Source: Bacteroidales bacterium
GTDB lineage: Bacteria > Planctomycetota > Planctomycetia > Gemmatales > Gemmataceae
Assembly: GCA_026931725.1 (NCBI GenBank)
Contig: JAIXLE010000177.1
Location: forward strand, 6,781 to 70,780
DNA length: 64,000 bases
Direction: 5' to 3'
Numbering within the stretch: position 1 is the stretch's first letter; the number at the start of each line of letters is the position of its first letter. Of the stretch, positions 9,540 to 19,419 are shown piece after piece. Under the pieces are notes generated by a model. That model made no database searches. It was not told the origin of the DNA and was given only the letters and a program-made list of their open reading frames with translations. The position numbers and the translations under genes are program-made.

Positions 9540-10328
9540 ATGACACGTCGATTATTCACGCTCGCGGCCGCGATCGGGGTTGTCGGTGCTTGTGGCACAA
9601 CAGCTTCAGCCGATGAACAGGTCATCCCTTTGGGTCGGTATCAGCCCACGACCCAGGGATTTGGCGGCGGAGTGACCACCCCCGGAACGGTTCCCGGCAC
9701 CTTGCCAGGAGCGGTCACGCCCGAGGGAGTCGCCACGGATACCGAACAGGTCCACTGGCACCGACATCATGCCTGGGGTTGGGGCTACCGACCCTATACG
9801 AGCTTCGGTTTTTATCGACCGCACTTTGGGTACTATGCTCCGGGGTTCGCGTTCTCGTACTATAGCGCGCCCCGTTTCGTTGCCCCGCCGGTGTATTTTT
9901 ACCCCAGTTACAGTTATTCCTGGTATTACCCAGGTTTCTGTGGCATCAGTTTGAAAGAAAAGCTCGACGTGGCGGCGAATGTGGTCGATTTGGCATTGCG
10001 GGCCAAAGCCGTCATTGATGCGAACCGCCAGCCGGAACCTGCCGCTTACCCCTTCCCGCAACCGCAGCCAGTGCCGCAGTGGGCTCCGGGCACTTCCCCG
10101 CAACCTCTGCCGCCCTCCGCGGCTCCTCACCCACAACCGGGTAACAGTTTCCGGTATGATGGCGGCCCCGCACGCCCCGTGCCGATGCCGACCCCCGATG
10201 CGAAGCCCACGCCACAAACTCCCACGGCACCACCTGCCGCGACCGAGCAACCGGGAACCGTCCAGATTTCTTACCCCGCCCCAGCGGCCCCCACGAAGTA
10301 CCGCTACCGGGCTTATGGAGAGAAGTAA
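9540..10328 (+). CDS. secreted Tyr/Pro-rich hypothetical protein
   Basis: ATG at 9540 preceded by GGAGGA. Signal peptide MTRRLFTLAAAIGVVGACGTTASA. Tyr-rich block (YFYPSYSYSWYYPGF), Pro-rich tail, G/C-biased third positions. Confidence 0.6.
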   Translation: MTRRLFTLAAAIGVVGACGTTASADEQVIPLGRYQPTTQGFGGGVTTPGTVPGTLPGAVTPEGVATDTEQVHWHRHHAWGWGYRPYTSFGFYRPHFGYYAPGFAFSYYSAPRFVAPPVYFYPSYSYSWYYPGFCGISLKEKLDVAANVVDLALRAKAVIDANRQPEPAAYPFPQPQPVPQWAPGTSPQPLPPSAAPHPQPGNSFRYDGGPARPVPMPTPDAKPTPQTPTAPPAATEQPGTVQISYPAPAAPTKYRYRAYGEK

Positions 10329-11462
10329 AACGCCACACCCCACACCCCCGCGTGCGCTGTGAGCGTGCCGGGGGCATGTGAGGGCGCACGGGTTACGTGT
10401 CCAGTCCTCTTCCGGGCCGAGGGCAGCGCAGAACTCCGCAAGCAAACGGGCGGCGTGTGTCAGGTCGTCCCCATGCACGACTTCGACAGGAGTGTGCATG
10501 TAGCGGTTCGGAATCCCGATCAACGCCGTGGCCACCCCGCGACGGCTAATCTGAATGGCGTTCGCATCGGTGCCCGTGGCTTTCGGAACGCCCCGCACCT
10601 GAATCGGAATCGCGTTTTCCTGAGCCACGGCTTCCAATTTGTCGAAGACACGCGGGTTGATATTCGGCCCACGGAACACCACCGGCCCGCCACCGCATTT
10701 CACTTCTCCTTGTGTCTTCTTATCGTTCCCCGGTGTGTCCGTGGCATGGCAGACATCCACGGCAATTCCGACGTGTGGGTCCACCGTGTAGGCCGCGGTT
10801 GTCGCGCCGCGCAAGCCGATCTCTTCGGCGACTGTGGACACGCCCGACACGGCCACGCGCAACGGCCGACCGTGCAGCAGACGCACCGCTTCCATCACCA
10901 CCCAGAGGCCGACTTTGTCATCCATAGCGGGGCTCGCCGCCAACCCGTTCCGCATGGGCCGATACCCCAGGGCAAACGTCAGCGGATCCCCATAGCGGAC
11001 GAGTTGCTCGGCTTCTTCCTTGTTTTTGCAGCCGATATCGACCCAAACATCCGCAAACTGCGGGACTTTGTTGCGTTCTTCGGGTGTGAGCAGGTGAATG
11101 GCTCGCCGAGCGACCACGCCGGTGATCGGCCCGGTTTTCGTCCAAACGGTGAGGTACTGCCCCAAGAGAATCTGCATGTCCCAGCCGCCGATGGGCTGGA
11201 TCGAGAGGAAGCCATCCGCGTCGATGTACTGGACCATCAGGCCGATCTGATCGCAGTGGCCAGCCAGCAGAACCCGTGGTGCCTGGGCAGGCCGTCCTTC
11301 GGGGAAGCGGTGCGCGAAGACGTTTCCGTGGCTGTCGGTGGCCACTTCATCCGCGAAGCCGCTCGCCCACTCACGGACGATGGCTTGAACGGGCTGTTCA
11401 AAGCCAGATGGACTCGGAGTTTCCAGTATTCGTTTCAGGAATGCGTGAGAGGCTTCGTTCAT
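9606..11462 (-). CDS. M42 family metallopeptidase (ORF lacks a stop at the domain end and runs on antisense to 9540..10328; possibly frameshifted)
   Basis: The first ~355 aa carry M42 motifs: TPSPSGFE, LLAGHCDQIG, MDDKVG, VAEEIGLRGA, HTPVEVV. The remaining ~260 codons are an Arg/Gly-rich, codon-aligned antisense of the neighbouring gene. Confidence 0.75.
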   Translation of the reverse strand: MNEASHAFLKRILETPSPSGFEQPVQAIVREWASGFADEVATDSHGNVFAHRFPEGRPAQAPRVLLAGHCDQIGLMVQYIDADGFLSIQPIGGWDMQILLGQYLTVWTKTGPITGVVARRAIHLLTPEERNKVPQFADVWVDIGCKNKEEAEQLVRYGDPLTFALGYRPMRNGLAASPAMDDKVGLWVVMEAVRLLHGRPLRVAVSGVSTVAEEIGLRGATTAAYTVDPHVGIAVDVCHATDTPGNDKKTQGEVKCGGGPVVFRGPNINPRVFDKLEAVAQENAIPIQVRGVPKATGTDANAIQISRRGVATALIGIPNRYMHTPVEVVHGDDLTHAARLLAEFCAALGPEEDWTRNPCALTCPRHAHSARGGVGCGVLLLSISPVAVLRGGRWGGVRNLDGSRLLGRGRWCRGSLWRGLRIGGRHRHGACGAAIIPETVTRLWVRSRGGRQRLRGSARSPLRHWLRLREGVSGRFRLAVRINDGFGPQCQIDHIRRHVELFFQTDATETWVIPGITVTGVKIHRRGNETGRAIVREREPRSIVPKVRSIKTEARIGSVAPTPGMMSVPVDLFGIRGDSLGRDRSWQGAGNRSGGGHSAAKSLGRGLIPTQRDDLFIG

Positions 11463-11797
11463 GAAGAACCCAATATCGGGAAATGAAGGAATGTAATTTG
11501 GTCGCTCGCCAATCCATAGTATAGATTGGCCGCCTGCTCAGCGATACGGAGCGGTGCTATCGTGTGTCAACATCATCCGATTCAGCGTGGAAGCGGAACC
11601 GTGGTGAGCGGGGAATGGGAGAGCGGAAATTGCTCAGGTCACTACCAACTCGCCCGAGGCCGTTCACAAGTGTATCCATCGCTCCGGGATACCGCCGCAC
11701 GATGATTGAGATTGATTGGGGAATCTGTGTGACTGACGGACATGGTTCCTGAGACACAAACCCGATGGGGGTGTCTCAAGATCTCCGTTGATTGGCC

Positions 11798-11828
11798 AAC
11801 CGGGGACTGTCGTTCCCGGTTGTGTTTC
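11798..11828. repeat. REP-like palindromic element, copy b
   Basis: aaccggggac-tgtc-gttcccggtt+gtgtttc. Intergenic, downstream of the caspase gene. Confidence 0.75.
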
Positions 11829-11992
11829 TCTCCGGTTCCGTATGGATAGGTTATTTCCGATCACAAGTCTGGTAAAACTTCGTTCGGTGCAACGTGTCGG
11901 CATGAATGATCGGCGCGTGTGTCGCTCCCTGGGGGCGTGGCCCACATGCCGATGATCGGTTTCCTTGCTTTCCATCCCCGAAGGTGAGCGTA

Positions 11993-14239
11993 TCACTTTG
12001 CGGGTTCGGGGAGCAATACCCAGGTTTGCGAGGCCAAAGCCGGAGTCGTTTTGACTTCCATCTGGAAATCGCCGCGTGTACCGTTTCCGGTGGCGGTGGC
12101 TTGTAATAATCGCTCAAAAGGTGTGCGTGGCGTGGGGAATGCTTTCCAGCCGCGATCGTTCACCCGAAATGAGGATTGTTCTAACGCGGAGAAATGCGGC
12201 GCATCGGCTTGCACGCTTTTCGGAATCATAACGGCGACCATCCCTTCGGTTCCATCACCGCCATTGCGTGAACTGAGTTTGAACGGAACCCGCACGATTT
12301 TTCCATTGGGCCGCCAGCTGAGCAAGCCTGCGTAAACTTGTGTGATTCCCAGGTTGGCATCCGCATACATCACAGACACCCAGACTTCTTCCAATCCCTG
12401 ATTATCCAGGCAGAGTAGCAAGGGGGCACCGGAAGGGATTTCCGCTTGGGAGAGCGGTTCTCCGGTACGATCATCGGCTGTACGGCGATGACGAATCTCG
12501 AATCGGACATCCGCGCTGGCCCCGGTGGACTGTGCGATGCTCGATAATTGCCACAGGTTTTGCCAGCGGAAGATTTTCGGAAGATCCACCGAGAGCCGTT
12601 GCGTCAGAGTGGCGGATGCCGTCAGAGGGTAGGTTGCCAAAACTTTGCGCGGCGAGGGGTGCCCCGCAGCGATGGCCCGCTGAATGGCGTGGCGTTCGTG
12701 GGCTTGGTCCTGTGCGTTGGCTGGCCCTGCGCGTCCATCTCCACGCATCAGCAAGACTTGATCTGTGGTGCTGTTGGCGAGTCCGAATTCCTTCTGGGCC
12801 TGTTGAGCCGTGACCACGCGCAGAACCCATTCGGCATCCGATGCGGATGGGGTCAAGGTGACCAACCCTTTGGTGAGCGGGTCCAATTGACTGAGGGCTT
12901 CGGCGAGGATCGGGTGCTGATCGGCAAACACTTTGACTTGCATTTGACTGAGATCGTGACTGACGACTGTGCAGCGTCCGCTTTCGGGTAGCGCATTTGC
13001 GGGCACGGCAACCATATCGCCATAGGCTACTGACGATACAACCGCATCCATCAGGGAAACCGAGTCAATCCGCACGTGTGCCGCAGGTTTTGCTGGTTTG
13101 TCCGCGACCTTTGCGGGGTGCTGAACGGCCAGAATGGTACCGGGTGCCAATCCGCGGAGTGCTCCCGCACTGACACGCCATTGTCCCTCAATCGCGTTGA
13201 GAGTGATCGCGGAACGATCCGGCCACTGGTTTGCCCCGAACACCATGCGATCCAGATCCCCTTCCGCGAAAGGCGTGGGGGGCCGGGTGGCTCGATGTTC
13301 GCGGTACACTCGGGCAACCGACCGCGCGAGATCACGGTAGGTCATGGGCGTGGTTTGCTGTTCCAATGCGACCCCGAGTGCATAGCTGAGCATGCCATGA
13401 ATGTGTTCGGGAAGGTTGGGTTTCCCCTCGGGCATCGGCAATTCGGGGGCGGTTTCATACGGTTGTGCGGCGTAAAATGCAACGACGCTGCCGATATTGG
13501 CCGGGGCGGGCGCGTTGGGCTTTTCCGGGGTGTCCGGGTTGGCGATCGACTTTCCCGCGGCCTGGGCACGTTCTGTGGCAACCGCGGCTCGGCGCGCGGC
13601 TTGGTCGATCTTCTCCTGGCTGGCGAAGTGCGTGGGAAGAATGGTGCGTGGGGTTTCTCGGTCATCACGGAGGCCACGGGTCATGGTCCCAGAATGGCAG
13701 CAATCAAAGACGATCAGTACCGATGCCCCTTTGGCTTTCATGGCATCGAGCCAAGCCCCGATTTCGTTATCCAGGATCCCATTTTCGGGGAAGCCGCCCT
13801 GCGCTCGGCTATCGGCTGGGAGGAAGACTTCATCCAGCCCATCTGGCTCCGGATTTTTGGGGTCGAGCGGGTCTTGGTGGTCCGGGATGGGGTATTGTGT
13901 TCCGTGCCCGGAAAGAACGATGACGATCTGAACACCGGGGCGGGAAGATTGGATGAGTGCCTCAAACCCGGCCACAATGTTTTTGCGACTCGGGCGGGCG
14001 TGTTCGTCTTGCGGCCAACCGACGAGCCGGGTGACATTTTGAGGAGAGAACGCAAATCCGTTCGGGTCCGTCAGGATTTTTGTCCACAATTGGACATCAT
14101 TGACTGAGCCACGGAGTGGGGGAATGTCTGAGTCATGGGGGTAGGTGGTACAACCCACGAGCAAAGCGTATTTGTCCGCCGCGATCCCCAATCCGCTGAA
14201 AGCGAGGCTAATGGCAAGGCAAATCAGTGGTCGAATCAT
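11993..14239 (-). CDS. secreted caspase family (peptidase C14) protein with large C-terminal domain of unknown function
   Basis: ATG at 14239 with GGAGG 9 nt upstream. Signal peptide MIRPLICLAISLAFSGLGIAA. Catalytic dyad motifs VLSGHG and FDCCHSG. About 440 aa of unassigned C-terminus. Confidence 0.85.
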   Translation of the reverse strand: MIRPLICLAISLAFSGLGIAADKYALLVGCTTYPHDSDIPPLRGSVNDVQLWTKILTDPNGFAFSPQNVTRLVGWPQDEHARPSRKNIVAGFEALIQSSRPGVQIVIVLSGHGTQYPIPDHQDPLDPKNPEPDGLDEVFLPADSRAQGGFPENGILDNEIGAWLDAMKAKGASVLIVFDCCHSGTMTRGLRDDRETPRTILPTHFASQEKIDQAARRAAVATERAQAAGKSIANPDTPEKPNAPAPANIGSVVAFYAAQPYETAPELPMPEGKPNLPEHIHGMLSYALGVALEQQTTPMTYRDLARSVARVYREHRATRPPTPFAEGDLDRMVFGANQWPDRSAITLNAIEGQWRVSAGALRGLAPGTILAVQHPAKVADKPAKPAAHVRIDSVSLMDAVVSSVAYGDMVAVPANALPESGRCTVVSHDLSQMQVKVFADQHPILAEALSQLDPLTKGLVTLTPSASDAEWVLRVVTAQQAQKEFGLANSTTDQVLLMRGDGRAGPANAQDQAHERHAIQRAIAAGHPSPRKVLATYPLTASATLTQRLSVDLPKIFRWQNLWQLSSIAQSTGASADVRFEIRHRRTADDRTGEPLSQAEIPSGAPLLLCLDNQGLEEVWVSVMYADANLGITQVYAGLLSWRPNGKIVRVPFKLSSRNGGDGTEGMVAVMIPKSVQADAPHFSALEQSSFRVNDRGWKAFPTPRTPFERLLQATATGNGTRGDFQMEVKTTPALASQTWVLLPEPAK

Positions 14240-14339
14240 GATGTGAGCCTCCCAGAAAGGGGTACGCATGGGACGCGCAATGCCTGTCACCGGGGGCCAT
14301 TAAGCCCCCGGTGTGGAGTGTTTTTATCAAATAAGCGTA

Positions 14340-15059
14340 TTAGCGTACCGTCCAGGACACAGGGTGATTGTGGCCGTGAGCATAGGCTTGGCCAACAACT
14401 TCGCCATCTTCTTCGCAGATGGCGGTAATCTCAGTGTTATGGGAATGCGTGTGGACTCGGAATCGCTCCACTTCTCCTTCATGGACGGTGCCAACATAGC
14501 GGCCATCCACATAAATTTTCACACATTCGCTGGATTGGTTTACGACCGTCAGTGATCCGAGGATCTCACGCGTCGTTTCTGGGTTTTGCTCGGCTTTGAG
14601 TTTTTTGGCTTTCGCGGCCGCGTTTGTCAGTTCCTTGCGGGTTGCTTGGTCCGGCGTGATGGTGGCAAAGGCTAGCAATTCCGTGGAGACGTTCCGCAGC
14701 TTCACCAAGGCCAGGGCTTCCGCATACACTTCTTCGGCTGTGACGGAGGCTTTCTTCCCAGCGGCAGCCTCGGCGGCGGCCAGAGCTTGGGCGGCGTTTG
14801 CGAGATCCACAGGATCGGGTGCCTTACGGGCTGTGGCGATTCGCGTGCCGATTGTGTTCAGGTATTCCAGGGGAATACCCAGCTCTTTGTTGAAGTTGAC
14901 CGTGCTGGCTCGGCAGCAAGACGGTTTCCGATCCGATTTCTGGCTCACGAATTTTTCGATCTGTTCTTTTCCCGCAGGCGCTGCTTGTTTGTCAGCGGCG
15001 GAAGCTGGGTACGCCAGCCCGGTGGCGAGCAGAGCCACGCACAATGAGCGGATCGACAT
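14340..15059 (-). CDS. secreted hypothetical protein (Ala-rich helical region plus His-rich C-terminus)
   Basis: 239 aa. Signal peptide MSIRSLCVALLATGLAYPASA. C-terminal HTHSHNTEITAICEEDGEVVGQAYAHGHNHP. Lies 100 nt upstream of the caspase gene on the same strand. Confidence 0.6.
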   Translation of the reverse strand: MSIRSLCVALLATGLAYPASAADKQAAPAGKEQIEKFVSQKSDRKPSCCRASTVNFNKELGIPLEYLNTIGTRIATARKAPDPVDLANAAQALAAAEAAAGKKASVTAEEVYAEALALVKLRNVSTELLAFATITPDQATRKELTNAAAKAKKLKAEQNPETTREILGSLTVVNQSSECVKIYVDGRYVGTVHEGEVERFRVHTHSHNTEITAICEEDGEVVGQAYAHGHNHPVSWTVR

Positions 15060-15636
15060 GGGTATCCCCCTTTTTTGAAAACATCGTCCAAAATCAAGCC
15101 TGAACCGGGTGGACGAAGTCCGGCCAAGCAGGGTGCGAGGTTGAACCGATCCCCGCTACCGGGTGATCGGAAATGGTTTGGGGATTACAGCACGGAACCA
15201 TCGTACAAGCAAGTATCTGCCAGCGGGTTTTGGGAAAATTCCCAGGAAGCCACTGGATGGTCCGACATCCGTTTCTGGGGAATGAAACGGGATCTCTCTG
15301 GTCCCCGGACACGATTTTCGAGGTTTGTTTGATCTTGCTAGGAGGCTCATGCCGGATGGGGGTAAAATTTCTTGTCCGATTCTTGCGTGATCCCTCGTTT
15401 CTCGATAGGGTGGAACATCTGTCGGAAGAGAGAATGTTGCTATTATGGTTTCTGATGAAACCCCTACAGAATGTGTCCGTGCCCACATCGTGAGGGTTGC
15501 CCCGCATGGGCATGGGACACTCGCGGGATAGGCGGCAAGACGGAGCGATTCCGCCAGATAAATCATGGATCGCTGTATCTGGGTGCCCACACACCATTTG
15601 TGATTTCCTCCATCCCCGCGCTGCCGGTGGGTCATC

Positions 15637-18600
15637 ATGATTCGGACACACGTTCTCCTCCATCTCGTGGCCTTGGCTTGTCTTGGTGTGGTGCCCGTGG
15701 TCGTGATCGCGGGGGATCCTGTGCCGGTAGGAGTCCGGCCTGCCACCGGGGTGATCTCCACACAAACGGTGCCGCCCGCGTCTGCCACTCCGGCCCATCG
15801 TGGTGTGCTGCTGCGTGATGGCCCTGGGATCGGTACTTCTGCCGAGGCGACGTATCGAGAAAAATGGGCGGTCGTGATTGGGGTGAACTACACGGCGGAA
15901 GACCGTGACCCGGCTTGGGGGGCGTGGTCCCTGCCGTTGGCCAACGCGGAAAACGATGCGACCAATGTCCGGGAGATGCTCGTCAAGTATTACGGCTACA
16001 AACCGGAATGTGTTCGCTTTCTGACAGGCCGAGCCGCCAAGAACCCCCCGCCACCGACTGCCGATCATGGTGCCGCCCGTGGAGCAACCGCAGCGGAAAT
16101 CGACAACGCTTTGGGGGCGGGCTTCCTCTGTGGAGACGCTGTTCAGGAGGAGGATAGCGTACTCGTTTTCTTCTCGGGCCACGGGTTTTTGCGGTACGAC
16201 CTGACGCGGACGAAATCTTCCGTGTACCTCGCACCCGCGGACATGAGAATGCAGGCCAACGGCACCCCGAACTTCGATCTCGCGGCGATCCGCATGGATG
16301 AGGTTGTGGGGAAATTACGCGATCACTGCCGCGCCAAACACAAATTGCTGATTCTCGATTGCTGCTTTTCGGGGTCCGTGTGGATTGTGTCGGATGAAAG
16401 GCCCGGGATCATGCCCCCAGAAGAACTCTTCCGGCAACGTCGCCATCACGGCTGGGCAAGATCACCAGCGGGTTCGATGGCCCCCAGGCGGAACCCTTCG
16501 GCTTCTCGTGCGAGGATTGACGGCCATTCCTCAGCGTGGGACCGGCTCCCCGCAGCCTTTTTCCGCCAGTGAACTCTTTCGGACCATCGACGGCAACCTC
16601 CATACGATTCGCAGCGACCGCCAATCGCCGGAATATGGCTGGATCGGTGAAGATCAGGGCGAATTCTTTTTCCATCCCACCACTCAAGCCGGTGTGACTT
16701 GGCCCCGACAAACCCGAGAATTGGATTCTGTCGGTCAGAAACAACTTCTGGCGATTATTCCTTCCACGATGGGGAACTGGTGGGCGGATGAGATGATCTG
16801 GTTCATGCCCGCTCTGCGCCATGAAATCATCGTGCGGGAACCGAAGATGCGGTCCACGGAACAATATTTCGATATCGAAGCGATTCGACGCATCGCACTG
16901 GAACGCGCTGCGGATCACAAAGCCAATTACAAAGAGGATAGCGCACGCGAAGAGCATTTTCGGTACGACCACCTGCACCGCCTGCTCCATGCCAAGACAC
17001 TCAAGGAACAGGTGGCCGTCATCGATCTGATTATCCAACAGTTGGAGTGCCGCTATCCCCAGCCCGCCACGGAGGATCCGGGACGCGACGCGATGGCTGA
17101 ACGTGCCCTGGATCTGCATTATTTGGCCGTACTTTACCATGTTCGCAAACGGGCCTCGGAAGCGCGGGCCTGCTACGAACGTGCGTTAGCGGAATACAAA
17201 GTCGCAGCCGAGCAGAAACCCAATCTGCGTCCCTTGTATGCACTCTGTCAGATGGACTACGGGGTGCTGTGTCAGACGATCTTGAATCAATTCGCCGATG
17301 CGCGATCTCATTTTGCCGCGGCCCGTGAGATTGCGGAAGGGCGGCCTCCCGCGCCGTTCGTGGCTTTTACCCTGTACAAGGAAGCCGAGGCTGCCCGCCG
17401 GATGGGGGCGTTTGGTGTCTCGGATCGGTGCATGAAATCCGCCTGTGACCAAATGATTGATATTGATGCCGAACGCGCCCACCCCATGACTGGAGCCGTG
17501 CTGAAATACAATGCCTGGGCCTGCATGGAGCAATGCCGTTTCGAGCAGGCGCGGCAATCGTTCGAGGCCAGTCGGCAAGTGTTCCAGAAGTTGCTCACCC
17601 GGAATCCCAATTCTGCCAATTATCAGATTGAACTCTTCCACATTCAGCACGGCTTGGCCATGATCGAGCGGTTCCAAGGGCGGGACGAAGAGGCGATCCG
17701 AATGTTTCGGGGGTTGACCGAAGACATCGCGGCAACTGTGCAGTCTCTGGATAACAGCGGGGATCTGTTGGCGAACTTCGCCGAAACTCGCCAACTCTAT
17801 GCGGAGCGATACGTCAATAGCGTGGATCGGCAAGGGGACTGCCGGCTGTACGGGGCGATTCCTGATTACACGGAGGCGGCCGATGACTACCGTCGGGCAT
17901 TGCGGGCCGTCCCCAATATTCCCGAAGGGCGGCGGGAAGCGATCACACTCGATCTGCTCTACCGGCGTGCGATCGCCCTGGCGATGCCCGCGTCGGCAAA
18001 CAATCCCAACCAGAACCTCACGTTGGCGAAGTTGCTCTGCGATCAGGCGGCTTCTCTGGAGGAACAACTGGTCAAAAAATATTCCGTCTATCCACTGCTC
18101 CGCAAGACCGCCATCAACAAAGCCATCGCACACACTCTGATCCACAATCCGGCAACGGCCGCTGAGAATGAACTTTGGAATCTGATTCACCCGACATTTG
18201 ATTCCGCTTCGCCGATTCTTGGTGAAAACTCCCGTGATTCCGTGCGTCTGCCCCTGGCTACCAAGGAACTGGATCGCGATGAAATCGAACGACTCATGTT
18301 CGGTTGCACGCTCTTGTTACGCAACTGGAAACAATGGGGGTTGACCGAACTCGATGCCCTCACCTGCTGCGATCATCTGCGAGCCGCGTGCCGATCGGCG
18401 ACACGGCCCGCGCGACTGGCGGGTCGAGCGATCGACACCGGGTTATTGAAATATCTCCGACCATTCTACGATGAAATGTTCCAGTTCAAGGCTGAACTTT
18501 CTCCGCCGCCCGTCAAAGAATTGGTCGAAATTGCCTGGGAGGCCACACGCGGAGCCTCGTACCGCAAACCGAAAGAAATCGCGCCGATCCTGGTGTTTTA

Positions 18601-19126
18601 CCGTACCGTGCCACGCGGTCGCGCACCCAGTGGCTATCTCCTTTTGGACGTGACCGCGACACCTGGGCAACCAGGTGGGATCACGCAATGTCATTTGTTA
18701 GATGAAGAATGGTGTGATGAAAACACTCTAAATCGGGCCAGTACGAGTGGATCCTCTCTTCCTTTGCCACGGGGGCTCGCGCGGGTACTCGCGGGGCTGC
18801 AATACGAGGCACCGTTGGAGTGCCGCTGGCGGGATCCCGTGACCGGATTGGGGATACCGCAGGTGCCAACGAACGGAGAATGGACGAATAACTATGCCCT
18901 CGGAGGGTTGGTTCCTGTTCCGGTTGCGTTCCCCCAGGCAACGAGTTTATTGGACAGACACTATTTCCCGTTCAACCTGGGGGCGGTGTTGCCATCGGAG
19001 CGATTTTCCGATCGAGCGGATGGACTGGCTTTGGGTATCGCGGCTCGCTCTGCCCCAGCTCCTTCGGAGCAGATTCCCCACATGCGACCTGCCTTACCGA
19101 CCATACCGGCACCGGGTCGCCCCTGA
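15637..19126 (+). pseudogene. secreted caspase (C14)-TPR protein, reading frame interrupted (+1 shift between 16378 and 16432)
   Basis: ORF 15637.. carries a signal peptide, FFSGHG and LDCCFSGS. The caspase fold continues in ORF 16385.. (NVAITAGQDHQ...SASELF), followed by ~800 aa of TPR-like helical repeats. A C5 run lies at 16414-16418. Confidence 0.75.
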
Positions 19127-19419
19127 TCCGTTCTCTGTGATTTGTTACGAGTGGAAGCCGCGTTCCGCACTTGTAGGAATGATGGGATCGATCATCTCCT
19201 GATATTTTTGCCGATCCCGTATTTTGTCTTGGCTTGTCGTGTGGTGTTGGTGCGGTGTGATCGGTGTGGGCCATCGAGAATGTCCCGGTGTTTTTTCCAT
19301 GGCCCCGCGATCGTTCGGTGGGGTCGCCGCAAAATGCCCCTGTTCTCAGACCAATCTCATCTGGTACACTGATAACGCTTGCCCTTGGCCTTCCGCGCTG
19401 ACCATATCGGTATCGCATA

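Noticed and set aside
10359-11486. 375-aa ORF on the + strand
   Set aside because: Antisense to the M42 peptidase core. No motifs; Arg/His/Pro-rich.
13076-14107. 343-aa ORF on the + strand
   Set aside because: Antisense shadow of the caspase gene 11993..14239.
15094-16182. 362-aa ORF on the - strand crossing the divergent intergenic region
   Set aside because: Extremely Arg/Pro/His/Gly-rich. It is partly antisense to the caspase-TPR N-terminus and has no signal of real coding.
16405-16425. Programmed +1 ribosomal frameshift in the caspase-TPR gene
   Set aside because: There is no slippery-stop context (for example a CUU-UGA type), no in-frame stop at the site, and no stimulatory SD-like element. 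With similar breaks in unrelated genes nearby, an indel is the more economical explanation.
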